DNA of 63,462 nucleotides, filler included, from Saprolegnia diclina VS20 (lineage: Eukaryota), in NCBI RefSeq assembly GCF_000281045.1. It is 6 parts of 2 records of this genome, joined end to end, with 100 filler letters (N's around TTAATTAATTAA, not from the genome) between each part and the next. Parts side by side here need not be neighbours in the genome. Positions count along the whole stretch, not along the records: positions 1 to 23,252 come from NW_008246086.1; 5 more parts are not named here. One strand, given 5' to 3'. Position 1 is the stretch's first letter, and each line of letters begins with the position of its first letter. Both the position numbers and the translations under genes were made by a program. Below are positions 1 through 12,900 of the stretch, in pieces. The notes under the pieces are model-generated. The model was not told where the DNA came from and did no database searches. It saw only the letters and a program-made list of their open reading frames with translations.

Positions 1-179
1 AAGCTTGGTGGTCAGACTCACAGACTTGATAGCACCAAAATGACGGAGATGCATTGGAATACCAACGTTGCGCTGAATAGGGCGACCCTGCCCGATCACT
101 ATTGGCCCTGTAGTCAGTCTGCTTGGCTTCTCGTCGTCGATGACGTCGCAAGAGGAGAATGCAATGAGATGTTGAACAT

Positions 180-2241
180 CGTCTAAGGTGTTCGGTAACT
201 GCGCGGTTTTTCACTTCGAGCTCTCCTCAGACGAATACGTGTCTGGTAAAGGTATGTTGTGCTGGCCTTCGCACTGACAATTCGCCTAACGAGTACTCGT
301 TCGACCCTTCGAGTGTGCTTACTGTATAAATGCTCCTCGCACAACTATCACAAAAGATCGCGCTCGCCATGATGTGCCGGGAACGTACTGCAAAAGGAAA
401 TTGAACCCTCTAGTAGCTTGAATAGCTCCGCAGAGAAACCTGCGTGGCTACTCTGCTACTCTACAAGTGCGAATATTTCGATGGGTGTTGCATCGCTCGG
501 CATTTGTGGCCTCTTGCGAGATGCACCAGCAATGCCTCTGGATTGGCAGACTCTTGAGGTACGCGAAGCCAGATGTTTTGTGATCACACAATATGGGCGG
601 GTCGCTGGTTCTCTGCGATTTTGCTCGCAGCGAGATCTGGCGCAGTGTACCCATCATGCGGCGATGGGCGGAGGCTTTTCCTTCGCCCCACCGGAAAGGC
701 CGATCGATTTGGTGCGTAGCAACTGACGACCGTCGCTCCCGAGTATGGACTACTGGCCTACCGTCAAGAGACAGGTACTGCCATGTGATATGGGTGGATT
801 GGACACCGGCGACGCGAATCGTATGGTCCAGAGCCGTCGTTCGATGAAAAGCAGAAAGTGTCATAACAATCAGACTATCGATAGCACTACAAGGCACGGT
901 GCCTGCTCGTGTTGCCCGACGGAAATTCGAAGTTGCGTATCGTCGATCCCGTGCGCCTTGGTTGTCGCGTGCGGGCTACTCCTCCGTATCGCCAGCCGAA
1001 AATTAACTGACCACCAATCACATACGCGCAAAGAGCCGGGTGACACATGTGTGTCGACGATGTAACCTCCGTCGTGTCCGCGCAGACGTCATCGCACCGG
1101 GCGACGTGAGGCGATCGTCACTTTTCATTTTCTTGGTCGTCCAGCATGCACACGATGCCAATGACCGCAGCGTACTTTTGTGGCAACCGGCACAAGGGTT
1201 CATGGTCGGCGCTTGAAGACATGCAGCTCAACATAGCCATGGTGACGATGCCACGTGCCCCGTGGCGGCGAGTCGCGCAGTGCGTGCCCACGCGCAGCAC
1301 GACCCAAGTTCGCATCCGCGGCCTGCGCCTCGAGCGCCTCGCGGGTCTTCCACCGCGCCCGCGCCTCCAAACCAGTTTCAAGGAGTCCGACACCACGGTA
1401 GATATGGCCTTGCCGGATTCGCTCGTACCGCACACGCCATGGTCGGACGACGAAGCGCAGGACCTCGTGTCGACGTTTACGCCGGCGCAATGGAAAATTG
1501 TGACGGCATGGCCACCCGTGAAGCTGCTCGACGGTACGCTCGAAGAGAAAGACGTCAACGACGGTAGCATCAACCATGGCATCCCGCCTGATGAGCCGTG
1601 GTTGCTTCAGTCGTCCGAGCTCGATGAGCTGTGGGAAGCTCTCTTGGAATTGGAAGTCGAGGATCATGTCCTCGTGAAAATCGAGCCCATCGAGGTCTAA
1701 GCACTAATACTAGTATTCTTTATCATTCTACGCCTTCCACTCGTGGTTGGTTGATCTGCGACTAGTCGTTTCTTAGTGATGTGTAACTGTCGTGGCAGGT
1801 TTGCAACTGTCGACCATTGCCAGCCGCTCGTGCTCAACCTCTGAGCCAGGGTCAGACGCCGCTGCCACAAAAATTCACGCGCTCTCAAGCTCAATTCCAA
1901 CATGCACAGATGTACTAGAGCCCAACCCAGCTCGTGTGTATCTGCTTTCGCATCTGGCAGCGACGATGCGCCGAGAACGGGCGACTGGCGAGGTACGATT
2001 GCTACCGGATCAGCCCCAATGCGGCAGCAGCGCTGACCACATTCATGGCTGCTACTCTGCGCCACCACTCTTCTCCTGCCTTGAAGATGACGCCTCCTGC
2101 GTCGATGGCACGTGCATGAGAATCGACCTCCAAGTGGTTTTAAAGCTACTTGAAGCTGCGCTGCAGCCGAGATTCTCGGCGACTCGAAGTCGATACCCAT
2201 CGAATGGCCTACGTGAGCTCGACCGCGAGGTTCGCGAATGA
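180..2241 (+). CDS. Probable multi-exon hypothetical gene (structure unresolved; largest exon 1146-1700)
   Basis: Coding-like GC3-rich ORF 1146-1700 ending at a GAG|GT donor-like site; several short GT..AG intervals up- and downstream; no recognisable domain. Confidence 0.3.
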
Positions 2242-3481
2242 GGGAAGGCGACGTCAAGTCCATTAAGCTGCCCACATGCACATCGAGAAGCTCCGATTTG
2301 CTCTGTGCTATAATGCGCTCTGGTAGAAATTCAATGCTACATCTCATCCATCACCAAAACGTGCTGTTGCAGCCGCGCAGACTATGTCTTCGTAGGCATC
2401 GCTTACCCATATAGAAATAGGAGACGTGTGAGGGCAAATGAAGCAATTATGCTCCCTTGCAATGCGTTTGCTTCGCATCTCAGACCATGTCAAACCTTCG
2501 ACAGTCCCACAGCGTTGCACAGCGGCGTTGCTCGGACAACGTCGCTGCCATTAACGGGGAAATGTTAGAGGCCGACGATTCAGTCTGTGTGCACAATGCC
2601 CAGCGCCGTACTAGGATTAGTGCATGATGCGCGTAGACAGCACCAGGCGAACATTGCTAGGCTGTTTAGGGATGTGCACTGGGCGCTCGACGCGGCGATA
2701 GGCTGCAACTAGTCTCGGTCCTCTTTGAAAGAGTTTTTAGTACAATCGCTGCTTCTGCAGGGCCCGCCAGTATGCCACAGGTTGCCTCGGGTCAGTCTCC
2801 TCTTTTGTCAGCGTTTTCACGAACCACAAAATGGCCGCGTCTGATTGGCCAATACGAAAGATATGTTTTGCAATCTTCGACCGTCAGCAACAGTGCCTGT
2901 GAGAGCCATGCTCCAAGAGTCGTAGAAAGGGTGCGCCGCGATCTAGCCAGCCGCCATCAGATAGTGATGGCCAGTACCAGCATCATCGACATCACCCGTG
3001 CTGGCTCGCGCTCCATCTAAAAACGAAGCATCTTTGGCAGCACGTTGTGTCGCTGCGACTCGAACGCACGTTCGTAGGCGTGAAGCGTTCGATGGCAACG
3101 GCCGCTGAGGCCCATGCGTCCTGCGTCGATGGAGCGCGGGTGCCTGCTGGGTTCTACGCGGTGCGACGTCATGCGAGGCTACTTCATGGATCTCGTTACT
3201 TGCGAGCGAGATCTTAGTTTGTGCTACCAACGCTGCTTCTCAGTCCATGCATTCGATGCTTCTACGATCGTTTTCATAGAGAGCCCAAGATAGGTGTGGG
3301 AGGAACGAACTTCAAGAAGACGCACCAACGACAACGAAACGGATCGAAGTTTCCTCGACGCTACGCCCCGGCTATCTTTTGCCGCTCGCGACAGCGTCGC
3401 AGCAGCTCGCTCTCAATGTCGTGGAAAAGCCAACGATGGAATCACTTCCCAATTACCTTTGCCTCGGACACTGGCAACACG

Positions 3482-3943
3482 ATGGTGCACTACGCCAACT
3501 ACGGTCGCTGGACGGCTCCAGAGCTCCACTTTCTTCAGCATCTCGTCTCGTGCTTCTTGCGGGGCATCCTCGAAGACGACGTCGGCGAGACCACGCTGCG
3601 CCAGTACGTCTCGACCCAGCTCAAGTGCGACCCGATGCGCGTCACGAAGCGACTCAAGAAGGGCCGGACGCTCGTCGACCGCCTTCTTCTCACCAACTTC
3701 AACCGCAAGACGTACAAGCACGTGAGCGACTATAACAACGACGACATCCATCGGCTCAACGATCTCAAGCAAGCGCGACTTGTCTTTGAAGCGTCGTTGC
3801 GCACGAAGCGGGCGCGAGCTACTGTCGAGCGTGGGTATCTTTCCATGCAGGATCTCGTCGACGCCAGACCCAAGGCGATGCAGAATGATTTGGATGATGA
3901 CGACCACGATCCCTTCAGCAACTGCGGCCTCTTTCTTCTATAA
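3482..3943 (+). CDS. Stramenopile Myb/SANT-like hypothetical protein (GxWTxxE...TLRxYxSxxLxCDPMRxTK family)
   Basis: GRWTAPELHFLQHLVSCFLRGIL...TTLRQYVSTQLKCDPMRVTKRL; Inr/FPR-like TCACTTCCCAATT at about 3442 favours ATG 3482. Confidence 0.7.
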   Translation: MVHYANYGRWTAPELHFLQHLVSCFLRGILEDDVGETTLRQYVSTQLKCDPMRVTKRLKKGRTLVDRLLLTNFNRKTYKHVSDYNNDDIHRLNDLKQARLVFEASLRTKRARATVERGYLSMQDLVDARPKAMQNDLDDDDHDPFSNCGLFLL

Positions 3944-5223
3944 GTTACAATATTCAAGTCTCTATCAAATAGTATAATGCGTTCAACATTCAGAATTCGC
4001 ACTACATGGACGGTAGTTGCGAATTAGCGGAGACCTGTCAGCAAGAGGGCACTTACATAGGCAGCTGGCGGGCGCACTGCGGCTGCAGTAGAGTGATTTA
4101 GCATCTCCGGTCATAGCTATTACCTGCTGGTCGACGAGCCCGCGTCGTCATCTCTCCGTTATAAGCGGCCGCCTACCCGCATTCGAGCACTTTGGTGCAC
4201 TGTACCACTAGAGTATCCTGTGCCCCGGGTTGCACTATGGGTCGAGCACAGCGCAATAGAGCACTCCCGATGCAAATGAAGGCTGTTCTCCACGACGGCG
4301 GTCCCATTGACATATATCTGGTCACTCCGTCGGTGAAGTGCAGCTCGTGAGAGCTCTCGTCACGCAACAAGGGTTTTGAGAACCACAATTTTCGATTTTG
4401 CGCGCTCAATGGTGCACTTAGTAAAATTGGAGTGAAGTTTGTGGCCCAGAAAAATGCACTGCATACGCAAACGTTGGCTCGGCAAGTAAAGCACCTCGTG
4501 CGTATTGAGGTGAAAAGAACGTGTCCATGGCGGTCTGCTTCAAACGACTCAATTCTTGTGTGATATATTAGCTAGTATCTTCGAAAATGTGCTTGTTTTA
4601 CGACAATGCCAACATAATTGACGTGTAAAATGTTACGTCCGATAGCGGACACATAGATGCCATCCGTGCGTGCCATTCCAGGGAATGGACTTCCTTGTGC
4701 GTTTGTGAAACTGCTTCGTAACGAGGTCGTTACGCCATCATGACGAGCTTCGTATGTGCGAAAGACCCATTAGAAGTCGACTATTACGCGCTTTAGGACA
4801 AATACTTGGTTGTACGAGTGTCCATTCGTGGGTTGTCGTAAGTGTGCGACGGCGGCGAGCTATGTACCGGTAAAAGAATCGTGGTCGCAGTTACTGCGGG
4901 TGTACAGCTGCAGGCGCACGCGCGGGGTCTGATATCGCTTCCAAGCAATCGCGACAAGTTGTCCTATCTGCCGTATTTCTATCACCACGGCTTCATCACC
5001 AATCTACACGGTGCACGTCGCTTAACGACGGTTTCCTAGCTTGGTTTCCCAGTGTAGCGCACTCACATGAATGAATTAGTTGTATGCAGTTGTACCCGGT
5101 AGCGCATTGTTACCAAGCTCTAGAGAAAGTGAGAATAGCAAATGAATAAATTAACCTTCGACTAAATAAAGTACAGCTAAGGAAACCCCTTCGCTCGGGT
5201 TTCGCTTTCATGAAACAATGCGC

Positions 5224-5661
5224 TCAGAGCTGTTTCTGAATCGGACTCGTTGGCGGGTAATAGACGTTTGGGCGACGCGCCATGAGCGGACTGCGCGGTG
5301 GCACAATGTCGTCTTCGTCCTCGTGAAAGGCCCAGACGCCGCTGCCTTGGATAGGCTTGGTAATGATCGGACTCGGTGGGCGCCGGGTGGCCTTGGCATC
5401 CAGGAGCGGCATCGGCTCGTCGTCCGGATCAAAGTCCCAGGCATCGAGGCTCGCAAGCTCCGATTCGATGAACGTTGTCTCGGATGAGATCGAGTCGGAG
5501 CGACGCATCTTGGTCATGCCGTAGCAGAACTCTTCGTCGTCGTATTCATCGTCCGAAGTTGCCACAGTACGGCTGGAGATGAGCACTTGACTGACAGTCG
5601 ACGTCTTGGAGGAGCTTTGGCGATTGAAGCGCCACCAAGAGGGGAACATGGAAAACGTCAT
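5224..5661 (-). CDS. Small Ser-Pro-rich disordered protein, paralog A
   Basis: 145-aa ORF; Inr/FPR-like TCACATTTTCAAATTTGC just upstream; shares ordered motifs with 8507-8884. Confidence 0.7.
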   Translation of the reverse strand: MTFSMFPSWWRFNRQSSSKTSTVSQVLISSRTVATSDDEYDDEEFCYGMTKMRRSDSISSETTFIESELASLDAWDFDPDDEPMPLLDAKATRRPPSPIITKPIQGSGVWAFHEDEDDIVPPRSPLMARRPNVYYPPTSPIQKQL

Positions 5662-7096
5662 TCTTCTCAGTGAGATGCAAATTTGAAAATGTGAGTCGCG
5701 CTGCGAGAGTTGCGTGGCAAGAGAGCCCCGTGTCTTTGTCGAATCGTCCAGCAGATGTCGAGCACACCCAGCACGTTCCTCCTCCTTCGAGCGCGCAAGC
5801 GAGACACGCCCAGCTGTGATGTATGACTATTATAGTGTTTGTGAACCGGTACGTACTAGTATCCCGCAATCAGCATTGGCGCGAACAAGCAAAGCAAGCA
5901 AGAGGCCATGTACGCCGAGCGATGCTACAGCTCCTACTGTAGTGGCGTAGAGCCTCGGCGATACATTGAACGACTTCATTTCTGCCGGATGGTCACTGAC
6001 TATCGCATATGCTGCCACGTCACAGTGGCAAAGCACCGTCAACACGCGCCGCGCATCACACACCGGTGTGAGTGATGCTCTGCGTGTCCCTGTAGCCTTG
6101 CGATTCAACCCAACGTCAAGCCACAGAGAAATCGGTATGAAAGAAACTTAAATAACTTGATGAACATTGCCAGCATACACGCAAGAGCAGTCCCGATTGT
6201 GAATTGCAATTTCTGATATGTTAGTGCGCGGCCATCATAGAGTTATGGGACGTTGATGGTTCGCAACAAGGAAGAATGCAACTTGAAGTATACGCGTACG
6301 GATTGACAAAGTATTTTGCGAGCTGAAGACCAAACACGTCTCGCCGACACAGAACGCTGGCAAGGAAATTGAAATGCGTTGCACAGCGGTAGTTGATGCA
6401 TCGCTTCATATGGATACCTGCAATGGCGTTTTTCACATTCAGTAGTCAGTAGAAAGTACACGAACTCTCGACAAGCTCGAGTCGCTGAGTGGACGCACGT
6501 GTTCGAACGATGTGCAACCCGGGAGAGTCTCGCTGCGATTTCGCTACTGTACTGTCGTTGGAAGCATTAACGAAGAGCGGACATTGCACAGGAAGAACGG
6601 CGGGTTGTTCCGGGCTTCGAGCGTTCAGTTGCATTCACTGTGTGTCAGCAAAACGACAAAGGCCTTAACGAGGTTCAGCTGGTACTCTCTACGTTTCACG
6701 AGGTGCTCGGTATTCCTCCATCGTAGTTTGTTGAGCCCGCTGGACGTTTGTGCGGGAGCTCTGACGCCCTAAGAGTGAAAGCGCGTCTCCTGCTTGCTAC
6801 TTGCGGGAAACATGCACCGTGGACAGTACGCTCGAAAGGAGGTCGCATGTGCCGAGACCTGAATCTACTCGTTGAAAGGCATTAGACTTGGCATTTGTGT
6901 CGCTCATGGTAGAGTGGTTGCTACACTGTTGCAAAGGAACCGCGTACGTCAATCAGTCGTTCCCGCCTCGTGGGCTGCACCATGCATGCGACACCTAGTC
7001 AGTTCTGCATATAGAAATTATGTAAATCCACCAGAGTGGACAGTGGTGCATGTTGGATGCGTCCCAAAGATGTGTCCCGCCAAAAATGACGCCTCT

Positions 7097-7220
7097 GATT
7101 GGATCGCGCTCGGTACAGCGTGGATTGATTGGTTCTTTTTCAGGTCCGTGGATTGGTTGTTTTCGAAAAGGCGAGGCGGCGCAGCGATTGGTTGCTGAAC
7201 TCGCCCCGCGCTGCGATTGG
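7097..7220. promoter_or_regulatory. Cluster of five reverse CCAAT boxes (GATTGG)
   Basis: ATTGG at 7098, 7128, 7152, 7187 and 7216, directly upstream of ATG 7257. Confidence 0.6.
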
Positions 7221-7256
7221 TCAAAATGCCGTCAGGTCAGTTGCCATCGACGAGCA

Positions 7257-8069
7257 ATGTCCAAAAGCGTCCAGGTCGAGACTCTCGCTGCATTGCGCGA
7301 CTTCCTCGACATCGTACTGCTTTCGCTCGAAGCGACGCCTCCCGTTCCTCTCTCGGCGCAGACGACGACGACGCTCCTCGAGAAGCTCAAGATGACGTCC
7401 AAGAAGCTCAAGACGTCAGCGTCGACGGCGCTGCCCGTGCAGCATACGCCGAGTAGCAAGTTGGCATCCTTTGACGCGTACCTGACTGCGCAGTCGTACC
7501 ACGGGCAAGTGGCGACGACGCACAAGACTCCGACACATGGAGCGCTACACCCGTCGTACGGACAGGCGGCGGCAATGTATCAGCCTGGAACCACGACGTC
7601 CAAGTCTGTGAAGGTCCACGGAACCGCGACATACAAGCCCTTAGCGGCGCCGACACACCACGGATATGCAGCAGCACCGACCAAGGCACCTGCATATCCG
7701 ATGGACAAGTACGGTCAAGCGATTCCAGCGTACAAGCCTGCCGCGCCGCAGCAGGCCGCCACAACGTCGACAGGCGACATTGCCGTGCTATTAAAGCGGC
7801 TCGAAGCACTCGAAGCGAGCAACACAGCTCTAAAGACGACTGTGGCAGAGCTGGAAGGCAAGCTCGAGGAGCACGTCGAGCGCGTGACCGCGATCACGAA
7901 TGACCAAGAGTCGACGAACGAGCAGTTTGAAGACACGCTACACGCGCTCGATACGACGGTCAAGAGCCACACCAAATTGACGCAGCTCCAGCAGAGCAAG
8001 ATCCAGACGATGGACAAGACCCTCAAAGAGCACACGACCGTCCTCAACAGCGTCAAATACCGCAAGTGA
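7257..8069 (+). CDS. Hypothetical protein with Y/P/A/T-rich middle and C-terminal coiled coil
   Basis: Uninterrupted 270-aa ORF from ATG 7257; heptad pattern LLKRLEALEASNTALKTTVAELEGKLEEH. Confidence 0.75.
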   Translation: MSKSVQVETLAALRDFLDIVLLSLEATPPVPLSAQTTTTLLEKLKMTSKKLKTSASTALPVQHTPSSKLASFDAYLTAQSYHGQVATTHKTPTHGALHPSYGQAAAMYQPGTTTSKSVKVHGTATYKPLAAPTHHGYAAAPTKAPAYPMDKYGQAIPAYKPAAPQQAATTSTGDIAVLLKRLEALEASNTALKTTVAELEGKLEEHVERVTAITNDQESTNEQFEDTLHALDTTVKSHTKLTQLQQSKIQTMDKTLKEHTTVLNSVKYRK

Positions 8070-8506
8070 CTCGATCGCACTCGCTTCGACACCATCGCTA
8101 GCGCGTAGCCTGCATATAGCAGCGCGCGGCCTAGCTCTATTTACTTTATTAACTTATATATATATGACCAACGCCGCCTGCGCAGCCACGGACCGGCGAG
8201 CGAATGAAAAAAAAGGAGATTGCTAGTCTCTACGTATGCGAAGTCTTTGTGTAATTATGAAGATAACGCGAAACACGTTCATATATGACCAACGCAGCTC
8301 AACGTCCGCGTCCTACTTTGTGGAATCGAGGCAAACAGTGGCACGACTACCGGCAGCATCGTCATTGACAAGCAAGCACTGGCCTTTCCCGTAGTTTTCA
8401 CAACCCCGACTTTGGCGCAACAGCCCCAGCCAGAATGCAATAATGATGAACTGAAGGTACACATCAACGATTTCCTCGTTTTAAATAGATAGGACAGCTA
8501 GAGCAC

Positions 8507-8884
8507 TCACGCAATGTGCTTTTGGATCGGGCTCATGGGCGGCTGCCACCGAGCGTGGCCAGTCAAGGCAATCGGGCTCGCGAGAGGACGGCTGCGCTCG
8601 TTGTACGATTGGTGCTTGATCGCAAATCGGATAGGGCTCGGTGGGCAGCGCTGGTAGACGTTGTTGGACGATATGGGCTGTTTGGGGCTTGACCGAGGCT
8701 CCAGGTCCTCCGTGTTGGTCGTCGTTGTCTCGGACGAGATGGATTCGCTTCGGTCGCGCTTGGGCGACTCGAGTGTCGGCGATGGTAGCACCGCGTCGTC
8801 GTAGTACTCGACAGAGGGAACAAGCGTCGTGGTCGGCGGTGCGCGCTTCTTAGATAAGGACAACCAAGAGGGCAGTGCAGGCAT
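8507..8884 (-). CDS. Small Ser-Pro-rich disordered protein, paralog B
   Basis: 125-aa ORF from ATG 8884; upstream TCACACTTGAATTTGC Inr/FPR-like; motifs shared with 5224-5661. Confidence 0.7.
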   Translation of the reverse strand: MPALPSWLSLSKKRAPPTTTLVPSVEYYDDAVLPSPTLESPKRDRSESISSETTTTNTEDLEPRSSPKQPISSNNVYQRCPPSPIRFAIKHQSYNERSRPLASPIALTGHARWQPPMSPIQKHIA

Positions 8885-9901
8885 CTCTGTGTGGTGGACG
8901 GCAAATTCAAGTGTGATGCTTTGGCACGCCAAGACGGGGCCGCTCCACCTCACCACAATCAAGAATCTGGCTTGTCAGGTGGCGGCTTCATCACTGGTGC
9001 GTGACTGGTCGGCGCGCCGCATGGCGGCTGTATCACTCGGCGAGCACCAATCTGGGGATGTTCGCGGCGTGTATCGGAGATGTGGGCGACGCCAGCTGTG
9101 CTAAGGACGATGTTCCCGGCCACTCAGTCGCGCGCGGAGCTTTGCCCGGTGCTTGCGGGGCGAGCGCGGTGGGTACGCGCTTGCTCCGAACTGGGTAACA
9201 CAGGTTTGCTCGACGCTAGGGTCGTCGTCGCATCATCCACTGCGAGTTCCTCGAACTTTTGTGCACAGGACCGCTCGCAAACTTGCCAATGGCACTGCAT
9301 GCAGCCGTGGGCGTCTGGTCGGGTACCCTGACGTCAACGACGGCTGGGTATGAACAAAAGTAGCGACGTTTGCGCAGGGAGGACATCCTCCCACATGTAC
9401 TGTACGTCAACCCTGCATCAAGCTCAAGGAAGAGCGTCTGCATTTGGTGACGAATCCTCCGGGAAATCCACCCACTTGAATCGTATCCAATAGAGCCGCC
9501 AGAATCGTTTGGTGTGAATTTTCGTTTGGGAGCGCATCCTGTGTCGAACATCCACATCGTCCGCTGCATCGTTCCGCTGCATGATCCATCGCCACAACGT
9601 TGAGACCAAATTTTGATCGAACTGTACATGTGCATGGTGCAGTGGATGCACTCACAGCCGTCCATCCATAGAGGTTCCGCACTCCGGACTGTCAGCCGAG
9701 ACCTACTGTAGCAAAACGATATACGCTTTGCAATCCACGTCTCTGTTTCCAGCGGCATACAGTGTAGTTTGATGCATGGGCCAGCGCCAAGAATGCCCGT
9801 CCCTTCGTCCCAAGGAGGCGTATCGAGAGCAACCAATTCTGACATGATACTGGACGCATCTATTTCGTGTCGTAAGACATAAATGGCTTTGCTTTTCACA
9901 T

Positions 9902-12900
9902 CTAGAGTGTTGCTGCCGGTGGTCGACGCCGGCCGCGCGACGTCGTTAAAGGCAGATGGCCCATGTCGAGGAGTGCATCGTCACGCGTTGGCGCTGCCTT
10001 GTTGGTACTGCATCCAGCGTACTTTGCAAGAAGCACGAGTTGCCGGACCCAAACGCCGACAACCGCCAGAGAGATGAGTGACACGGCAGTGTAGGAAAGG
10101 ACGAGCTGCGTTTGGATCGTAATGCGCATGTTCAAGGCGGCACCAAGACCGTAGAGAACCAGTAGAAAACCTTCGACGCCGAGCGTAGCGTGCAAATGCA
10201 CTCGGCTCGGGAACGGACGCCGGTGCAAGATGAGGAGGATGAAGAGACCGTGGACGACGATAAGCGCAAGCAGTTGCGAGACGCCGTCGAGCGTTAGTGC
10301 CGCGACGATGCCGGCGACGATGGCTTCGAGAATGAGAACTGCACCGACGAAGCAGCGGTGGTCGTACTGCATATTGACGTACAGAACGCCAAAGACGATG
10401 CGAACGCGCCACTTGGCAAGGGCGATGCGCGACTGCCGGTGAAGCCATCGAAGGAGGACGACGGTACTGAAAAGCAAGAGCAGCAGCGTCGCAACGGCAA
10501 GGAGGCTGTTCGTTGACGACAACAGCGATGTTGAACCGTCCTGAAGGATCTCGACGACAGCGATGTAGACGAGCGGCATCACGGCCAAGAACCCGATTAC
10601 AACCAGAAGCCCGAGGCACTGGTGCGAGAGCGTCCGCAGCTGCACATAGCGCGAGTGGGCGCTCGCGCTCTCGGAGTCGTATCCAACGGCAGCGCGCGAT
10701 GCCACGTACGCCCACGCCCCCGTTGCAACGACGACCAGCAGCAGCAGTGCAATCACGCAGAGTACTGTGGCCATGAAGCGCACAAACCAGTCTTGCTCGC
10801 GAACGCCGGACCGCAGCGCAAACTGCACAAAGCCAGAGGGGTCATACGACGTGAGGCGGCGACTCAAGACTGCTGTGGACACGGTTGTCGCTGTTGACGA
10901 CGCGGGCGTGGCTGAGAGTGACGGTACGAGGAAAATACTCCAGCTGAAGTTGTCGAGAAACCGGATGTAGACGAGTTGCGGGCGGTTGTTGTTCTTGGTG
11001 AGCGCGAGGACTGCCGCGTGCTGGAGTGCGCTCAGAAAAAGCGGAAGCTCCCACGAGTTCGGCTGCCATAGCGCCTCAGCGTACGCATCGGGCGCCACGG
11101 ACTCGGGGTGGATCGCTTGAAAGTGGAAAAACCCGAGCAATAGCACAGTCGTGCCAAGAACCGCCGAGATTAGTGGGCGCAGCCACGGCATGTCATTGTT
11201 GCCGATTGATGTCTCCGCCGTGAGCGCTGCCAGTGCCTGCGCGTCCACCTTGGCCATTCTTGAGCGACTGAACTCATTGCTGTGATCATTGCGCGGCACC
11301 GTGCTGTTGACGGCCGTCGCTGGTGGCACCGTTGTGCCAAGATCACTCAGTTGGGACAGCTGGTCGACGACTGCCGGCGCAGCAGTAACAACGGGAGGTA
11401 CAGATGACGGAGGACTTGTTTGCAGCAAGAGTTCATCCACCGTATCGGACAACGGCGTGGTCGTCGACGGAGCGAGCGTCGTCGCCGTCAGCAGTATATC
11501 GAGAATTGGGGACATCGTTGCTGGCGGTGGACTTGGGGCCACCAGCGGAATCTCGGTGGGGACTGGGCTCGCCGCGCTCGATGTTGGTGATGACGAAGCT
11601 GTCGGTGCGGGCAGCGGTGACACACATGGAACAACATTCGTCGACGGTGCAGTTGTGATCGGACCGGTCGTCGGCAAATTTGATGGTCCAACTGACGTCG
11701 GTTGAGGTTGAGACGTATCTGGTGTCGACGATGGTACCATTGTCGACGGGTCGGGTACAGTCGTTGGCCAACGAGTCGGCAATTCACTCGTCGGTGTCGG
11801 CGTTATCGGGCCTGGCACGGTGGTCAGAGTCGACGATCCTGGCACGGTGGTCGGCGTCTCACTCGTCGGCGTCGGCGTCATCGGGCCTGGCATGGTGGTC
11901 GGCGATTCACTCGTCGGCGACGGCGTCGACTGGCCTGGCACGGTTGATGGCGTTGGCGTCGATGAACCTGNNNNNNNNNNNNNNNNNNNNNNNNNNNNNN
12001 NNNNNNNNNNNNNNNNNNNNNNNNNNNNNNNNNNNNNNNNNNNNNNNNNNNNNNNNNNNNNNNNNNNNNNNNNNNNNNNNNNNNNNNNNNNNNNNNNNNN
12101 NNNNNNNNNNNNNNNNNNNNNNNNNNNNNNNNNNNNNNNNNNNNNNNNNNNNNNNNNNNNNNNNNNNNNNNNNNNNNNNNNNNNNNNNNNNNNNNNNNNN
12201 NNNNNNNNNNNNNNNNNNNNNNNNNNNNNNNNNNNNNNNNNNNNNNNNNNNNNNNNNNNNNNNNNNNNNNNNNNNNNNNNNNNNNNNNNNNNNNNNNNNN
12301 NNNNNNNNNNNNNNNNNNNNNNNNNNNNNNNNNNNNNNNNNNNNNNNNNNNNNNNNNNNNNNNNNNNNNNNNNNNNNNNNNNNNNNNNNNNNNNNNNNNN
12401 NNNNNNNNNNNNNNNNNNNNNNNNNNNNNNNNNNNNNNNNNNNNNNNNNNNNNNNNNNNNNNNNNNNNNNNNNNNNNNNNNNNNNNNNNNNNNNNNNNNN
12501 NNNNNNNNNNNNNNNNNNNNNNNNNNNNNNNNNNNNNNNNNNNNNNNNNNNNNNNNNNNNNNNNNNNNNNNNNNNNNNNNNNNNNNNNNNNNNNNNNNNN
12601 NNNNNNNNNNNNNNNNNNNNNNNNNNNNNNNNNNNNNNNNNNNNNNNNNNNNNNNNNNNNNNNNNNNNNNNNNNNNNNNNNNNNNNNNNNNNNNNNNNNN
12701 NNNNNNNNNNNNNNNNNNNNNNNNNNNNNNNNNNNNNNNNNNNNNNNNNNNNNNNNNNNNNNNNNNNNNNNNNNNNNNNNNNNNNNNNNNNNNNNNNNNN
12801 NNNNNNNNNNNNNNNNNNNNNNNNNNNNNNNNNNNNNNNNNNNNNNNNNNNNNNNNNNNNNNNNNNNNNNNNNNNNNNNNNNNNNNNNNNNNNNNNNNNN

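Noticed and set aside
9000..9899. 227-aa minus ORF and overlapping plus ORFs
   Set aside because: No recognisable motif or consistent exon chain; cannot be supported
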